A DNA stretch of 64,000 nucleotides from Clostridia bacterium (GTDB lineage Bacteria > Bacillota > Clostridia > Lachnospirales > JAOARL01), in NCBI GenBank assembly GCA_025210555.1, contig JAOARL010000019.1:338-64337 (forward strand), read 5' to 3'. The first letter of the stretch is position 1. Every line of letters starts with the position of its first letter. Positions 32,515-42,290 of the stretch are shown here, piece after piece. The notes beneath the pieces are model-generated. The model was not told where the DNA came from, ran no database searches, and worked only from the letters and a program-made list of their open reading frames with translations. Both the position numbers and the translations under genes were made by a program.

Positions 32515-32973
32515 ATGGCAATAAAATTAGTAGCTCAAAATAAAAAAGCAAGCTTCGATTATTTTTTAGAAGATAAATATGAAGCTGGAATAGAACTATC
32601 TGGTACAGAAGTTAAAGCTATAAGACAAGGTAAATGTAGCATTAAAGAAAGTACAGTAAGAATAGATAGAAAAGGAGAAATACATATCCTTAACATGCAC
32701 ATATCTCATTATGAGCAAGGTAATAGATATAATAAAGATCCTTTTAGACCTAGAAAGCTTTTACTTCATAGAAGAGAAATAGATAAACTTAAAGGTGCTA
32801 TGAAGGAAAGAGGATATACTATTGTTGCTACTAAAGTCTATTTTAAAGATCATCTGGTTAAAGTTGAGATTGCATTAGCTAAAGGTAAGAAGAATTATGA
32901 TAAGCGTCATGATATAGCTAAGAAAGATCAACTTAGAGAGGCTGAAAAGAACTTCAAGATTAAAAATTTATAA
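32515..32973 (+). CDS. smpB: SsrA-binding protein SmpB
   Basis: [29 protein letters not shown], plus the C-terminal basic tail. It sits immediately upstream of ssrA. Confidence 0.96.
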   Translation: MAIKLVAQNKKASFDYFLEDKYEAGIELSGTEVKAIRQGKCSIKESTVRIDRKGEIHILNMHISHYEQGNRYNKDPFRPRKLLLHRREIDKLKGAMKERGYTIVATKVYFKDHLVKVEIALAKGKKNYDKRHDIAKKDQLREAEKNFKIKNL

Positions 32974-33322
32974 GGGGATGTACTGGTTTCGACGGGAGTC
33001 AAAGGGTTTTGTGGTAGCCATTTGTAGTGGTTCTACAATAAAAAACTATTTTAATAAGTGCAAACAATAAAATGTTAGCTGCTGCATAATAGCCAGTAGC
33101 CGATTTACTCAGATTTGTCTGTGATCTGAACTAAATCGTCAATTTAGCAGACTCGCCAAACTCCAAAGCTTTGAGGAGAATGGTTAAATTTTATGAAGCT
33201 ACTAGTCATGCAGGTGTGCTAAGTCCCCAGCAAGACTAGGAATTCTTAATACTTAGCTATAATGGAAGAGACCACGCTATTCTGATTTTCGGACGGGGGT
33301 TCGACTCCCCCCATCTCCATCA
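32974..33322 (+). ncRNA. ssrA: tmRNA (ssrA)
   Basis: The 5' GGGGAUG pairs with the 3' CAUCUCC (G3:U wobble), followed by discriminator A at 33319. T-arm is GGGGGUUCGACUCCCCC. Tag ORF at 33060-33089 reads GCA AAC AAT AAA ATG TTA GCT GCT GCA TAA (ANNKMLAAA) with a double stop. CCA is not encoded (the sequence reads ATCA). Confidence 0.95.
33299..33320 (+). repeat. attL-type core: last 22 nt of the ssrA region (gttcgactccccccatctccat)
   Basis: Exact 22-nt direct repeat with 47792-47813. Confidence 0.85.
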
Positions 33323-33410
33323 ATCAACCTCAATAAAATCAAGGGTTGAAGAAAAATAAAATAGAAACTTCTAACGAATTTCTAACATAAGAAAAAATTT
33401 AATAGTTATT

Positions 33411-33459
33411 AAGGGCATAAAAATCTCAAGGAGTAATAGGGATTTCTATGTTCTTTTTT
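33411..33459 (+). terminator. cassette-leader hairpin + U-tract, copy H1
   Basis: aagggcataaaaatc...gatttctatgttctttttt, preceded by ttaatagttatt. RBS and ATG (33478) follow within 18 nt. Confidence 0.75.
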
Positions 33460-33477
33460 AGTGAAAAGGAGAGTAAC

Positions 33478-36400
33478 ATGTTTAAGTTAGATAAGAAAAT
33501 AAATTTAAAAGAGGAAAATGTTGATTTGCTGAATACGTCAATATATGCTGAAACTATTTTAGAAGCAATTGAAAAAGTCCCAAGCAAAGAAAACTTTACC
33601 ATTGGTTTGTTTGGCGAATGGGGGAGTGGTAAATCATCAATTGTTGAAACTGTCGAGGCAGAATTGATGAAAAGTGATGAAAAACAGTATAAGGTTATAA
33701 ATTATGATGCTTGGAAATACTCAAATGATTCTTTTAGAAGGACTTTTTTATTAGAAGTACAAAAAGAATTATCGGTTAAGAAATTAGAGTTATTTGATTC
33801 CTTTTATACAGATAAGCAGGATGAAGTTGAAGCTAAAACTGTATATGACAATAAAACGATATATATTTCACTTTTTTTCTTTGGGGTTGCTTTTTTGAGT
33901 TTGCTTTTATCAGATATTAATATTGAGTCTAAGTTAACCCTTTCAGTACTAATATCGGTGTTGGGGTGGCTAATCAATTTATTCAATAACAATAAGTTTT
34001 TCCTAAAACAAACTGTAGTTAAACCTAAATTTTTTTCGCCAGAGCAATTTGAAGAATGCTTCTCAGAAATGATATGTGAAACTGTTTTAGAAAATAAGAA
34101 ATGTAAAATATTAAACTGGATTGATATGTTTTTTGGTAAAAAAGTGGATAAACTTATAATTGTAATTGATAATATAGATAGGTGTCATTCAGAACAGGCA
34201 TATTCGTTATTAACTGATGTAAAAAACTTTTTAGGAAAACACAATAATGTTATTTTTTTAATTCCAGTTGATGAAGCTGCGATAAAGAGACATTTAGAAA
34301 ATTATAGTGTAGATAATGCGGAGGAATTTTTAAGGAAAATTTTTAATGTAAGTTTGAAATTACCTATTTTTAAGGAATTAGATTTGTTTGATTATGCAGT
34401 TAAAATTAATGAAAGTAATTCATTTGATTTTGATATTAATACATTAGACTTGATTTCAAAAGAGTATGCTAGTAATCCACGTAGAATTATACAAATTATG
34501 AATAATTTGGAACTTGAGAAAGTAAAATTTTTGAAAGATAAAGAACTAGAAGACATATGGATAAAATATGAAAATGTAATTTGTAAAATACTTATAATCA
34601 AAGAAGAATGGCCTGTTTTCTATAAAAAATTATCAAAAGATTATTCTCTAATTAGAGCTGATTTGTCAGAAGAAAAAATTAGAGAATTATTAGAAATAGA
34701 TGAATTAAATACAAAAGTTCATAAACTATTTAATTTTTTAAATCGAACTAAGAATTATACTACTAGAACATCTGATTCAATTCTAGAAGCAATTATATAT
34801 AACAAAAAAGGAGTTGAAGGAATATCTAGTGAAATAATTACTTCGATTGAAAATAAAAACTTCGAAGAGATAATCGGACATTATGAAAAAGCGAATAAGC
34901 TCAAGTTGATTGACTATATAGTAAGAAAACTAGAAGTAGCAATTAAGTTGAAAAAGCATAAAGGTGAGGCCTTAAATTTGTTTGAAATAATATTAACTAT
35001 TGATGGATTTGATATGATAACAAGAGGTTTAAACATAAGGATTCAAGATGCAATTAATGGAAGTGTCGGTCAATTTCTATTTTATATAAATGAAGTTAAA
35101 GCGCTAATTTTATATAATAATAATTTAATGGAACAAGATATCAATTATTTAAGAGAAGCAATAAAATCAAATTTATCTGGAGGTTCATTTCTTGTTAATA
35201 ATAGACCTGACTATAGTCAAGAGATGGTAGATGTAAATAAATCTATTTTATTATCAATATTAAAATACAATATTGATAAGAGCTTTGCAAAAGAAATTAA
35301 AAAATCTGCAAGTGAATTATATTTTAGCGAGGAAACAGATTTGAATTTAGCTGAGCTTAATATTAATGATATAACTTTTGATACAATAATTGATAAAACC
35401 TTCATAGATAATTTACTGCAAAAAGCAAGTAGTATTTATGAAAATCCATATTGGAATGAGTATAAGTATATTTTAGATAAAGCACAGTATAAAAGTATAA
35501 TTAGTGGTCAAGGTATTACAAAAATTAATAGCACGTATCTTAATTTTGACGCAATAGGTAATGAAGGATTTAAGGGGATTTTGTTTGAAATACAAAAAGT
35601 TGTTACTAACCTCAAAAATAAAGACTTAAATAAAGAATTGAAAGAAGTGTTAGCTCAATTATACAGTAAAGTTAAAGCAAGAATGAATCATCCGTCTTAC
35701 AATATGTATAATTGGATAATTGCTACAGAGAATAAGGAAGAGATATTAGATAAATATATAGAGCTGTTATTTAAAATTTATCATGTTTTTGGGGGAGAAA
35801 TCAAGATAACAGAGGAATTAGAGAAATGTTTTATAGATGATTATGCACGAGAAAATATATATGATAAGTTTAATTCATATTATAATAAGACAAAATTTCA
35901 CTTTAAATCGATGAGTGAAATGATATTAAGAAATGCTGATTTTAATAATGATAAATTTATCGCTGTTTTTAATACTGGATTAGATAGAAATACTTTTGAA
36001 GCTGCTGATGTGAACTTAATAAAATCAAAATTAAAAGATGCTATGATATTGGTTAGAGAAGGTAATGACAAAGTAGTTAGTGTTTTTGAAAAAATGCTAG
36101 TAGAAGAAAAATTTATAAATATTATTAAAGAAGTTATTGCTGAACAAGATTTGGAAGAAATTAAGAAAGTACCGATAAAAATAAAAAAAATATTTTTTGA
36201 AGAAGTTTTAGATAATTTGAAAGACTATTTGGAAGACATAGAGATGGTTTCTAATATCTTTGAGGAGTATGCTTTAGCAAGAAAAAAAATAATTAATTTA
36301 ATAATACGGATGCTGCAGGATAAAGATGAAATAGATACTGCGATTGAGTTAGCTAAAAAAATTGATAAAAAGCTTTTAGGTAAGGTTGATTATAAGAGAT

Positions 36401-36480
36401 TAAAAAGAGAGCTGGATGAAAAAATTGGGAATGAAGAATTTGATGAAGAGCTAAGAGAAAAAATGACAAATGTTTTTTAA
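33478..36480 (+). CDS. KAP-family P-loop NTPase with transmembrane insertion (Tmn-like defence NTPase)
   Basis: Walker A GLFGEWGSGKSS and NYDAWKY. Two TM helices (IYISLFFFGVAFLSLLL, LTLSVLISVLGWLINLF) lie between Walker A and Walker B (LIIVIDNIDRC). The ATG at 33478 has RBS AAAGGAGAG. The ATG at 33448 lies inside hairpin H1. Confidence 0.8.
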   Translation: MFKLDKKINLKEENVDLLNTSIYAETILEAIEKVPSKENFTIGLFGEWGSGKSSIVETVEAELMKSDEKQYKVINYDAWKYSNDSFRRTFLLEVQKELSVKKLELFDSFYTDKQDEVEAKTVYDNKTIYISLFFFGVAFLSLLLSDINIESKLTLSVLISVLGWLINLFNNNKFFLKQTVVKPKFFSPEQFEECFSEMICETVLENKKCKILNWIDMFFGKKVDKLIIVIDNIDRCHSEQAYSLLTDVKNFLGKHNNVIFLIPVDEAAIKRHLENYSVDNAEEFLRKIFNVSLKLPIFKELDLFDYAVKINESNSFDFDINTLDLISKEYASNPRRIIQIMNNLELEKVKFLKDKELEDIWIKYENVICKILIIKEEWPVFYKKLSKDYSLIRADLSEEKIRELLEIDELNTKVHKLFNFLNRTKNYTTRTSDSILEAIIYNKKGVEGISSEIITSIENKNFEEIIGHYEKANKLKLIDYIVRKLEVAIKLKKHKGEALNLFEIILTIDGFDMITRGLNIRIQDAINGSVGQFLFYINEVKALILYNNNLMEQDINYLREAIKSNLSGGSFLVNNRPDYSQEMVDVNKSILLSILKYNIDKSFAKEIKKSASELYFSEETDLNLAELNINDITFDTIIDKTFIDNLLQKASSIYENPYWNEYKYILDKAQYKSIISGQGITKINSTYLNFDAIGNEGFKGILFEIQKVVTNLKNKDLNKELKEVLAQLYSKVKARMNHPSYNMYNWIIATENKEEILDKYIELLFKIYHVFGGEIKITEELEKCFIDDYARENIYDKFNSYYNKTKFHFKSMSEMILRNADFNNDKFIAVFNTGLDRNTFEAADVNLIKSKLKDAMILVREGNDKVVSVFEKMLVEEKFINIIKEVIAEQDLEEIKKVPIKIKKIFFEEVLDNLKDYLEDIEMVSNIFEEYALARKKIINLIIRMLQDKDEIDTAIELAKKIDKKLLGKVDYKRLKRELDEKIGNEEFDEELREKMTNVF

Positions 36481-36489
36481 AAAATCAAT

Positions 36490-36592
36490 GTGAGAAAATG
36501 GAGGTCGGCTGCATCGAATCCACATCCAAGTTTTTAGAGCTGTTTTTGTCTAAGAATTGACGTGAATGTAGTAAGATGTGACACATCTCCAT
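36490..36592 (+). repeat. conserved cassette right-end module R1, ending in the CATCTCCAT core
   Basis: About 80 percent identical by eye to 50803-50903. It contains an inverted fragment of the ssrA T-arm region and ends with the core at 36584-36592. Confidence 0.75.
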
Positions 36593-36680
36593 TATTGCAG
36601 TTTAATGAAAACAAGAGATAAAGGAAAATGAATTAGAAATCTCTAACGGAATTCTAAGATGAGAAAATTTAATAGTTATT

Positions 36681-36729
36681 AAGGGCATAAAAATCTTAAA
36701 GAGTAAGCGGAGATTTTATGCTCTTTTTT
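36681..36729 (+). terminator. cassette-leader hairpin + U-tract, copy H2
   Basis: aagggcataaaaatc...gattttatgctctttttt. The about 100 nt including it is about 85 percent identical by eye to 33360-33459. Confidence 0.75.
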
Positions 36730-36741
36730 GTGGAGGTAAAA

Positions 36742-39267
36742 ATGAGTTATTCAAAGTGGAAAAAAATTGACTTACATATACATACGGATAAATCTAAAGA
36801 AACAAAGTCCAATAAAGATGAGTACAAAGTTGTTTTTTCAGTAGAATCCTTAATTAAGAATTTAAAGAAAAACGAAGTGGATATGATTTCTCTAACGGAC
36901 CATAATATTATAAATGAAAAAGCCTATGATGAATTAAGTAAAACCAAGACAGCTTATTTAGTTGGAGTAGAATTAGACGTAGTTATTGAAGAAGAAGATT
37001 TAAAAAAATATATAGAAGCACTCAATAGTAATAAATCTGAAAAAATCGAAAACAAACCATTTCATGCATTAATTCTTTTTAAATCAAATAAGCATAAGAT
37101 TATATCAGATAAACTAGAGTCTATGTATAAAAATATTAGCGATAAGGTTCTTGAAAAAAAGATAGATTTACTTAAAAACAAAAAGGTAAGAGCGACAACA
37201 TTCAGAAATATTGTAGAGGCATTTAAGGATGAAGAGTATTTTATTATAGCACATGCTGGTAATAAGCCTAAGTCGATTGTAGGACCATATAAAAAAGCTA
37301 ATAAGTTAGAAGAAGCGCAGGTAGAAATTTTAATGGGTGGAATTTCAGCGTTAGAAATGCATGGTAGTATAAGTGCGGAAAAAGTAATTAGTCGTTATAA
37401 TCAGGAATTTGAAAAACTTATTAAGTCAGATTTCAAAGGAGTTAAGCCTACATCATATGTAGTTTTTTCCGATAATCATAATTGTGAAGAGTATGCTTTA
37501 AAGGATTTTCAGACATGGATAAAGGGCGACACAAATTTTGAGACATTAAGACTTGCATTTTCAGATCCACAAAGTAGAATATTTACAGATTTAAAAGAAC
37601 CTACATATACTTCAAATTACATAGAAGAGGTTGTTATAAAAACAAAAGGGTCTGCTGACAAAAAGAGTATTAAATTATCACCATATTTAAATGTAATAAT
37701 AGGAGGACGTTCATCAGGGAAAAGTTTATTATTTAATACAATAACATATTTAAATAATGAATTTAGTGAAAGCGATAAATCAGTTTTTAACGAAATATAT
37801 AAGGAGATGCTGGATTTAGATAATACCACTGCAAAGTTAAGCAATGGAGCTCATGATTTAATGATTTCAATAACAGGGGAAACATATTATCAGGAAAAGA
37901 TAATAAAACTATTTGAAAAAGATGAAGATTTAAAAGATAATTTAGAGGGATTTTTTGTTAAACCTAATATTGAAATTATCAATTCTAATGAGAAAGAATT
38001 GGAAGAGCATTTTGATTTGTTTATAAAGACTTATGAAAGATACTATAATATAAAGAATAAAATTGATAAGGGAAGTATTTTTGAAAGAATGCAAATAGCA
38101 ATTAAAAGTTCAAACAAAGTTATAAATATGGATATAGAAAAACTAATAGATGAAATAGAAAAGATCGATTATGAAGTTGCATTAAAAACAATAGAAGATA
38201 TGGGAAATAGCATATATGAGTGGAAGAATATTGAATTAGGTGATAAAACTTTATTTGATGAAAAAGAACTTCTTATTTTTGATGAGCTATTAGGAGTGCT
38301 AGAAACAAAGAAGGAAAGACTTAATTTTATTGAAAGGAAGTATAGAAAGGTAAATATTTTTTTTGACAAAGTCAAAATTATAAATGATAGTTATCTGAAT
38401 ACAGAATTGACGCAAGAAAAGCAGAATATTGAAAATGAAAAAAAGGTGTTGGACCAAAATTTGAAAGATTATAAGGCGTTTTTTAAAGCTAAAATGGAAT
38501 TAAAGTTGGTATGTGCGGATATCGAAAGTATAGAAGTTAAGAGTGATGATATAAAAAAAGAGGAAGGAAAATATATTTTTGTAACTAAGGTTAATTTTGA
38601 GGTGAACAAGAATAAAATAATAGAAGAGTTTTTTAATGAGACAATCAATAATTATGATACTACTAAAGATTTATATGATAACATTTGTAAATTAGCGGAT
38701 GTAAAATTTGAGAAGATAAGATTAAAAAGAGAAACCAAAGATGGTAAATCACATAAAAAATTAAATGAAAAATTAAAGACATATTTAAGTGAATGCAAAT
38801 CTAAAATTGAATATGAGATCATAGAAGAAAATGATTTTGGAACGCCAATAAGCACATTATCAACTTCTCAAGGTAAAAAGGCTTCAATGTTCTTAGATAT
38901 TAAGTTGAATAGGTATATAGAAAAGGCAGAAAAGAATATATTGATAATTGATCAGGTGGAAGATAATATTGATAACAAGTATATAAGCGAAGAATTAGTA
39001 GATTTTGTCAGAGAGCTTAAGCGTAAGGTGCAGTTAATAATTGTTACTCATAATCCAAGTATTGCAATTTATGGAGATGCTGAAAATATAATAATCGCAG
39101 AAAATAATAATGGTGAGATAACATATGTACAAGGAGGATTAGAAAATCAAGAAATAAGAGATGAGGCGTGCAAAATTCTTGATGGTGGAGAATTAGCATT
39201 TAAAAATAGGATGACTAAGTATAACATAGAAATTTTAGAGAGGGATGAGGAAGAAAGTGGAGCTTAA
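36742..39267 (+). CDS. PHP-domain phosphoesterase fused to an ABC/SMC-like ATPase (Ppl-like defence protein)
   Basis: N-terminal PHP motifs IDLHIHTDKS and SLTDHN. Walker A IIGGRSSGKS, a long coiled-coil insert, signature-like STSQGKK, Walker B ILIIDQVED and D-loop/His IIVTHNP. Confidence 0.75.
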   Translation: MSYSKWKKIDLHIHTDKSKETKSNKDEYKVVFSVESLIKNLKKNEVDMISLTDHNIINEKAYDELSKTKTAYLVGVELDVVIEEEDLKKYIEALNSNKSEKIENKPFHALILFKSNKHKIISDKLESMYKNISDKVLEKKIDLLKNKKVRATTFRNIVEAFKDEEYFIIAHAGNKPKSIVGPYKKANKLEEAQVEILMGGISALEMHGSISAEKVISRYNQEFEKLIKSDFKGVKPTSYVVFSDNHNCEEYALKDFQTWIKGDTNFETLRLAFSDPQSRIFTDLKEPTYTSNYIEEVVIKTKGSADKKSIKLSPYLNVIIGGRSSGKSLLFNTITYLNNEFSESDKSVFNEIYKEMLDLDNTTAKLSNGAHDLMISITGETYYQEKIIKLFEKDEDLKDNLEGFFVKPNIEIINSNEKELEEHFDLFIKTYERYYNIKNKIDKGSIFERMQIAIKSSNKVINMDIEKLIDEIEKIDYEVALKTIEDMGNSIYEWKNIELGDKTLFDEKELLIFDELLGVLETKKERLNFIERKYRKVNIFFDKVKIINDSYLNTELTQEKQNIENEKKVLDQNLKDYKAFFKAKMELKLVCADIESIEVKSDDIKKEEGKYIFVTKVNFEVNKNKIIEEFFNETINNYDTTKDLYDNICKLADVKFEKIRLKRETKDGKSHKKLNEKLKTYLSECKSKIEYEIIEENDFGTPISTLSTSQGKKASMFLDIKLNRYIEKAEKNILIIDQVEDNIDNKYISEELVDFVRELKRKVQLIIVTHNPSIAIYGDAENIIIAENNNGEITYVQGGLENQEIRDEACKILDGGELAFKNRMTKYNIEILERDEEESGA

Positions 39268-39559
39268 TATTGAAATAAAAGAAGGGTCTCTGGTTGTTAA
39301 AGTTAATGATAAAATTAACATTTATAATGCCGAAGAAGGGGCAAATTTAACAAATTTAATTGAGGAAATAGGAGATTCACCAAATAAAGTGAAAGTTATC
39401 CCTTCTACGTTTAATGACTTTAAACTTAAAGTTTATGAAGAAGAAATTTTAGTTAAAATAGTAGAGTATATTTATAAGATAATTGATGCATTTAATGATG
39501 CATATTTTGAAGTTTATGAAAAAGAAAAAGTTAAAAAAACTAAAGGTATATGTAAATAG
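39245..39559 (+). CDS. small hypothetical protein overlapping the end of the PHP-ATPase gene
   Basis: A 104-codon ORF that overlaps the upstream stop by 23 nt. No motif. Confidence 0.5.
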   Translation: MRKKVELNIEIKEGSLVVKVNDKINIYNAEEGANLTNLIEEIGDSPNKVKVIPSTFNDFKLKVYEEEILVKIVEYIYKIIDAFNDAYFEVYEKEKVKKTKGICK

Positions 39560-39718
39560 ACCTTAATAAATGAAATTTGGATATTATAGTTATCTAGTTA
39601 ATTACTATTATTTTTAAAATTAGGTTTATAAGGGAAGAGTATTTGAATTAGAGTTTAATAATAAATAATTAATTAGATTAATTTAATATAATTAAAGAAA
39701 ATAATAAAGGAGGAAAGT

Positions 39719-40195
39719 ATGGCGTATCAAGATATTGCACAAATATGTAAAAACGGGCATTTAATTAATGCCAATTCAAATGAGTATCCAAAAGATAATT
39801 CAAAGTTTTGTAGACGATGTGGAGAGGTGGTCATAGATGAATGTGAAGGATGTAAAAGAAAAATAAAAGGGAATTATGTATATGATGATTATTTTATGCC
39901 AGATGAGTATGTTGTTCCTGATTATTGTGAAGAATGTGGAGAGGCTTATCCATGGACAAAAAAGAAAAAAGAAAGTTTAAAAGATTTATTGCAAGACACA
40001 GATTTAAGTGAAAAGGATCAAAATGATTTTATGAATTACATAGATGACATCATTTCTGAGAATCCAAGAACTGAATTAGCAGTACTAAAAGTCAAAGGAA
40101 TCTTACGAAAAATAACCAGTGGAGCACAAGAAGTGGCAAGAAGCTTAGTTATAGATATTGCTTCGGAGACTATAAAAAAATCATTTGATTTATAA
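39719..40195 (+). CDS. zinc-ribbon protein, DUF2321-like
   Basis: CKNGH...FCRRCG...CEGC...CEECG cysteine pattern. RBS AAGGAGGAA. Confidence 0.6.
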   Translation: MAYQDIAQICKNGHLINANSNEYPKDNSKFCRRCGEVVIDECEGCKRKIKGNYVYDDYFMPDEYVVPDYCEECGEAYPWTKKKKESLKDLLQDTDLSEKDQNDFMNYIDDIISENPRTELAVLKVKGILRKITSGAQEVARSLVIDIASETIKKSFDL

Positions 40196-40203
40196 TCTTA
40201 AGT

Positions 40204-40232
40204 AAAAAAAGCTCCATTATAGGAGTTTTTTT
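40204..40232. terminator. bidirectional terminator between the convergent genes 39719-40195 and int
   Basis: aaaaaaagctcc attat aggagcttttttt-type hairpin flanked by A and T runs. Confidence 0.65.
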
Positions 40233-40235
40233 ATT

Positions 40236-41315
40236 TTAAAATATATTTTTAATAGCATCTGCTTGAGCTTTTACATCAGGATGAGAATAAACATCAGCAG
40301 TAGTAGATATAGTAGAATGTCCAAGTCTATCTTGGACTATTTTTAGATTTACACCACTTGATACAAGTAAAGTTGCATGAGAATGTCTTAAATCATGAAA
40401 TCTAATTTTATTAAAGTTAAGCTCATCACAAAGTTGATGAAGTTTCTTTGACAAGTAATTAACATGATAAGGAACTCCATAATTATGTTTACATACAAAA
40501 TCATTTTCTTCATATAGATTAGCAAAGAACTTAGAATGTTTAGTTTTATGTTCTTTTTTGTTTTTTAAGATTTCAGCCATAACGTATGGTGGAACAGCAA
40601 CCTTTCTTCTACTCTTTTCAGTTTTAAGTTCTGTCATTCCTTCACGTTGTCTAGCTCTTCTTATATTTATAACGTTTTCAGCTGTATCTATGTCTTCATA
40701 CTTTAAACCTAGCAATTCACCTTTTCTTATGCCAGTAGTTAGAGCTAAAAGAAAAGATAAATAATATTCTTCATCTTTAATATAATCTAAGAATAAATTG
40801 ATTTGTTCTTTAGTAAATACACTTATTTCAGGTTTCTTATATTTTGGTAAATCTACAAACTCAGTAGGATTAGTTGGTATTAATCCCATCTTAACAGCAT
40901 GCTTAAGAGCTGTATGAAGAACACCATGAGTATTCTTAACGGTCTTAACAGATATCTTTTCTAATAGCCTGTTATAAAACTGTTGTATATGCATAGGTTT
41001 TAGTTGTTTTAATTTAACTGTACCTACATCATCTCTTATTCTAGATATTATAGTTTCATAAGAACGTATAGTAGATTTTCTAATTGTTAATTTCTTTGTT
41101 TTATACCATTCTTCAAGTAGATCATTAACTGTCATATTTTTTGGGTCAGAAAACATATTGTCTTGAATTCTTTTAAGTATTTCAGGTAAATCTTTTTCAG
41201 CATCTTTCTTTCTATCATATCCACTAAACCATTTTTGCTTTCTTTTTCCTTCTACCATTCCAATATCAACAACTATGTACCACTTATTGTTCTTTTTAGA
41301 TATACTTCCTCTCAT
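40236..41315 (-). CDS. int: tyrosine recombinase / phage-type integrase
   Basis: N-terminal arm-binding-type motif (KWYIVVDIG..GKRKQKWFSGY). C-terminal catalytic R...HDLRHSHAT...GHSTISTTADVYSH (R-H-R-Y). Confidence 0.92.
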   Translation of the reverse strand: MRGSISKKNNKWYIVVDIGMVEGKRKQKWFSGYDRKKDAEKDLPEILKRIQDNMFSDPKNMTVNDLLEEWYKTKKLTIRKSTIRSYETIISRIRDDVGTVKLKQLKPMHIQQFYNRLLEKISVKTVKNTHGVLHTALKHAVKMGLIPTNPTEFVDLPKYKKPEISVFTKEQINLFLDYIKDEEYYLSFLLALTTGIRKGELLGLKYEDIDTAENVINIRRARQREGMTELKTEKSRRKVAVPPYVMAEILKNKKEHKTKHSKFFANLYEENDFVCKHNYGVPYHVNYLSKKLHQLCDELNFNKIRFHDLRHSHATLLVSSGVNLKIVQDRLGHSTISTTADVYSHPDVKAQADAIKNIF

Positions 41316-42290
41316 GATATTCTCTCCTTCATATGTTTATTATTGAGAGAAGTATAGCACAAAAAGTATAAAAAAGGGTGAAAAACTTCTAACGAAATTA
41401 AGAGCTATAAGTAAGATTACGTTTGCAATTTCAGAACAACATCACTTAAATAGGCAAAGTTAAAAGGAATGAAAAATAAAAATGGGGGGATTTGGTGCGG
41501 AAAAATATTTTGGAAAAATTTCTGATTTATCAAATTAAGAATAAAAAAACATAAAACTAGAGAAAACCCTTCTAACATTTAAAAAAATTTTAATGCTGTT
41601 TTTTGAAAAAATCACATATATTTATATAAGAGCTACCACAACCTTCTTAAAGCTGCCACTTTGAATGGGGGGACTAATGAAATAGGGGTTTGCAGAGATT
41701 TGAAGTATATGCTATTATCTTCCCAAGAACATCGAAAGATGATTCGAAATTTCTTATGTGTGAGTAACAAATTTAAAAAATAACAATAAAAATGACTACT
41801 ATTGATGCGACACAAAAAACTTTTCTAATTCTAATCAGTAATAGTTATTTTTATATAATAAAGTAAACACACATAAGAAGATAAAAGGAATTAATAGTAG
41901 TACACACACATAAGAATAAAAGTTAAATAAAACAAGTAAATAAGTAATAGAATTTAAATATATAAACTTTGAAAAATATTATAATTTTAATTAATAATTA
42001 GTGATAAAAGTATGTAAATAATAGAAAAAGTATTTAGATGACATTATTGCAACTAATGCTTTGAAAGATAAGAGTCTAAGAGCTTTTTTTATAAATTAAC
42101 ATTTTTAAGATTATGTAAAATTAATACAAAAAAGTTATTGTTTATAAGAATAGACTGCTAGCCTTTACAAATAAAAGGGTTATGGCAGGGCGAAGTTAAA
42201 TGACATAATTAGAGATATGTCAAATAGGAATTATAGGCTAAAAATAGAAATGAAATATGAGTAAAAAGATAAGATGGAGGATAATGAATT

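Noticed and set aside
33320-33322. The absence of an encoded CCA at the tmRNA 3' end (ATCA), considered as evidence that integration damaged ssrA.
   Set aside because: The acceptor stem, the G3:U pair and discriminator A are intact. All downstream core copies also read CTCCAT, and CCA can be added post-transcriptionally, as in many Firmicutes tRNA genes. I therefore treat it as normal unless comparison with relatives shows otherwise.
33448-33477. The upstream ATG at 33448, given by the ORF track as the start of the KAP NTPase. The analogous case is 36718 for the PHP-ATPase.
   Set aside because: These ATGs lie inside the 3' arm and U-tract of the leader hairpins and have no RBS. The downstream ATGs at 33478 and 36742 have strong GGAG-type RBSs.
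36490-36592. Reading the right-end modules (also 50803-50903) as minus-strand tRNA or tmRNA-like genes, because they contain ggacgggggttcgac on the minus strand.
   Set aside because: The 3' half of the T-stem is missing (ttcgacgcagtc instead of ttcgactccccc). No cloverleaf or acceptor stem can be drawn on that strand.
41633-41815. A 60-aa minus-strand ORF in the int-upstream non-coding region, considered as a candidate excisionase or repressor.
   Set aside because: It has no RBS, no helix-turn-helix-like pattern and an implausible composition. The region looks regulatory or att-like instead.
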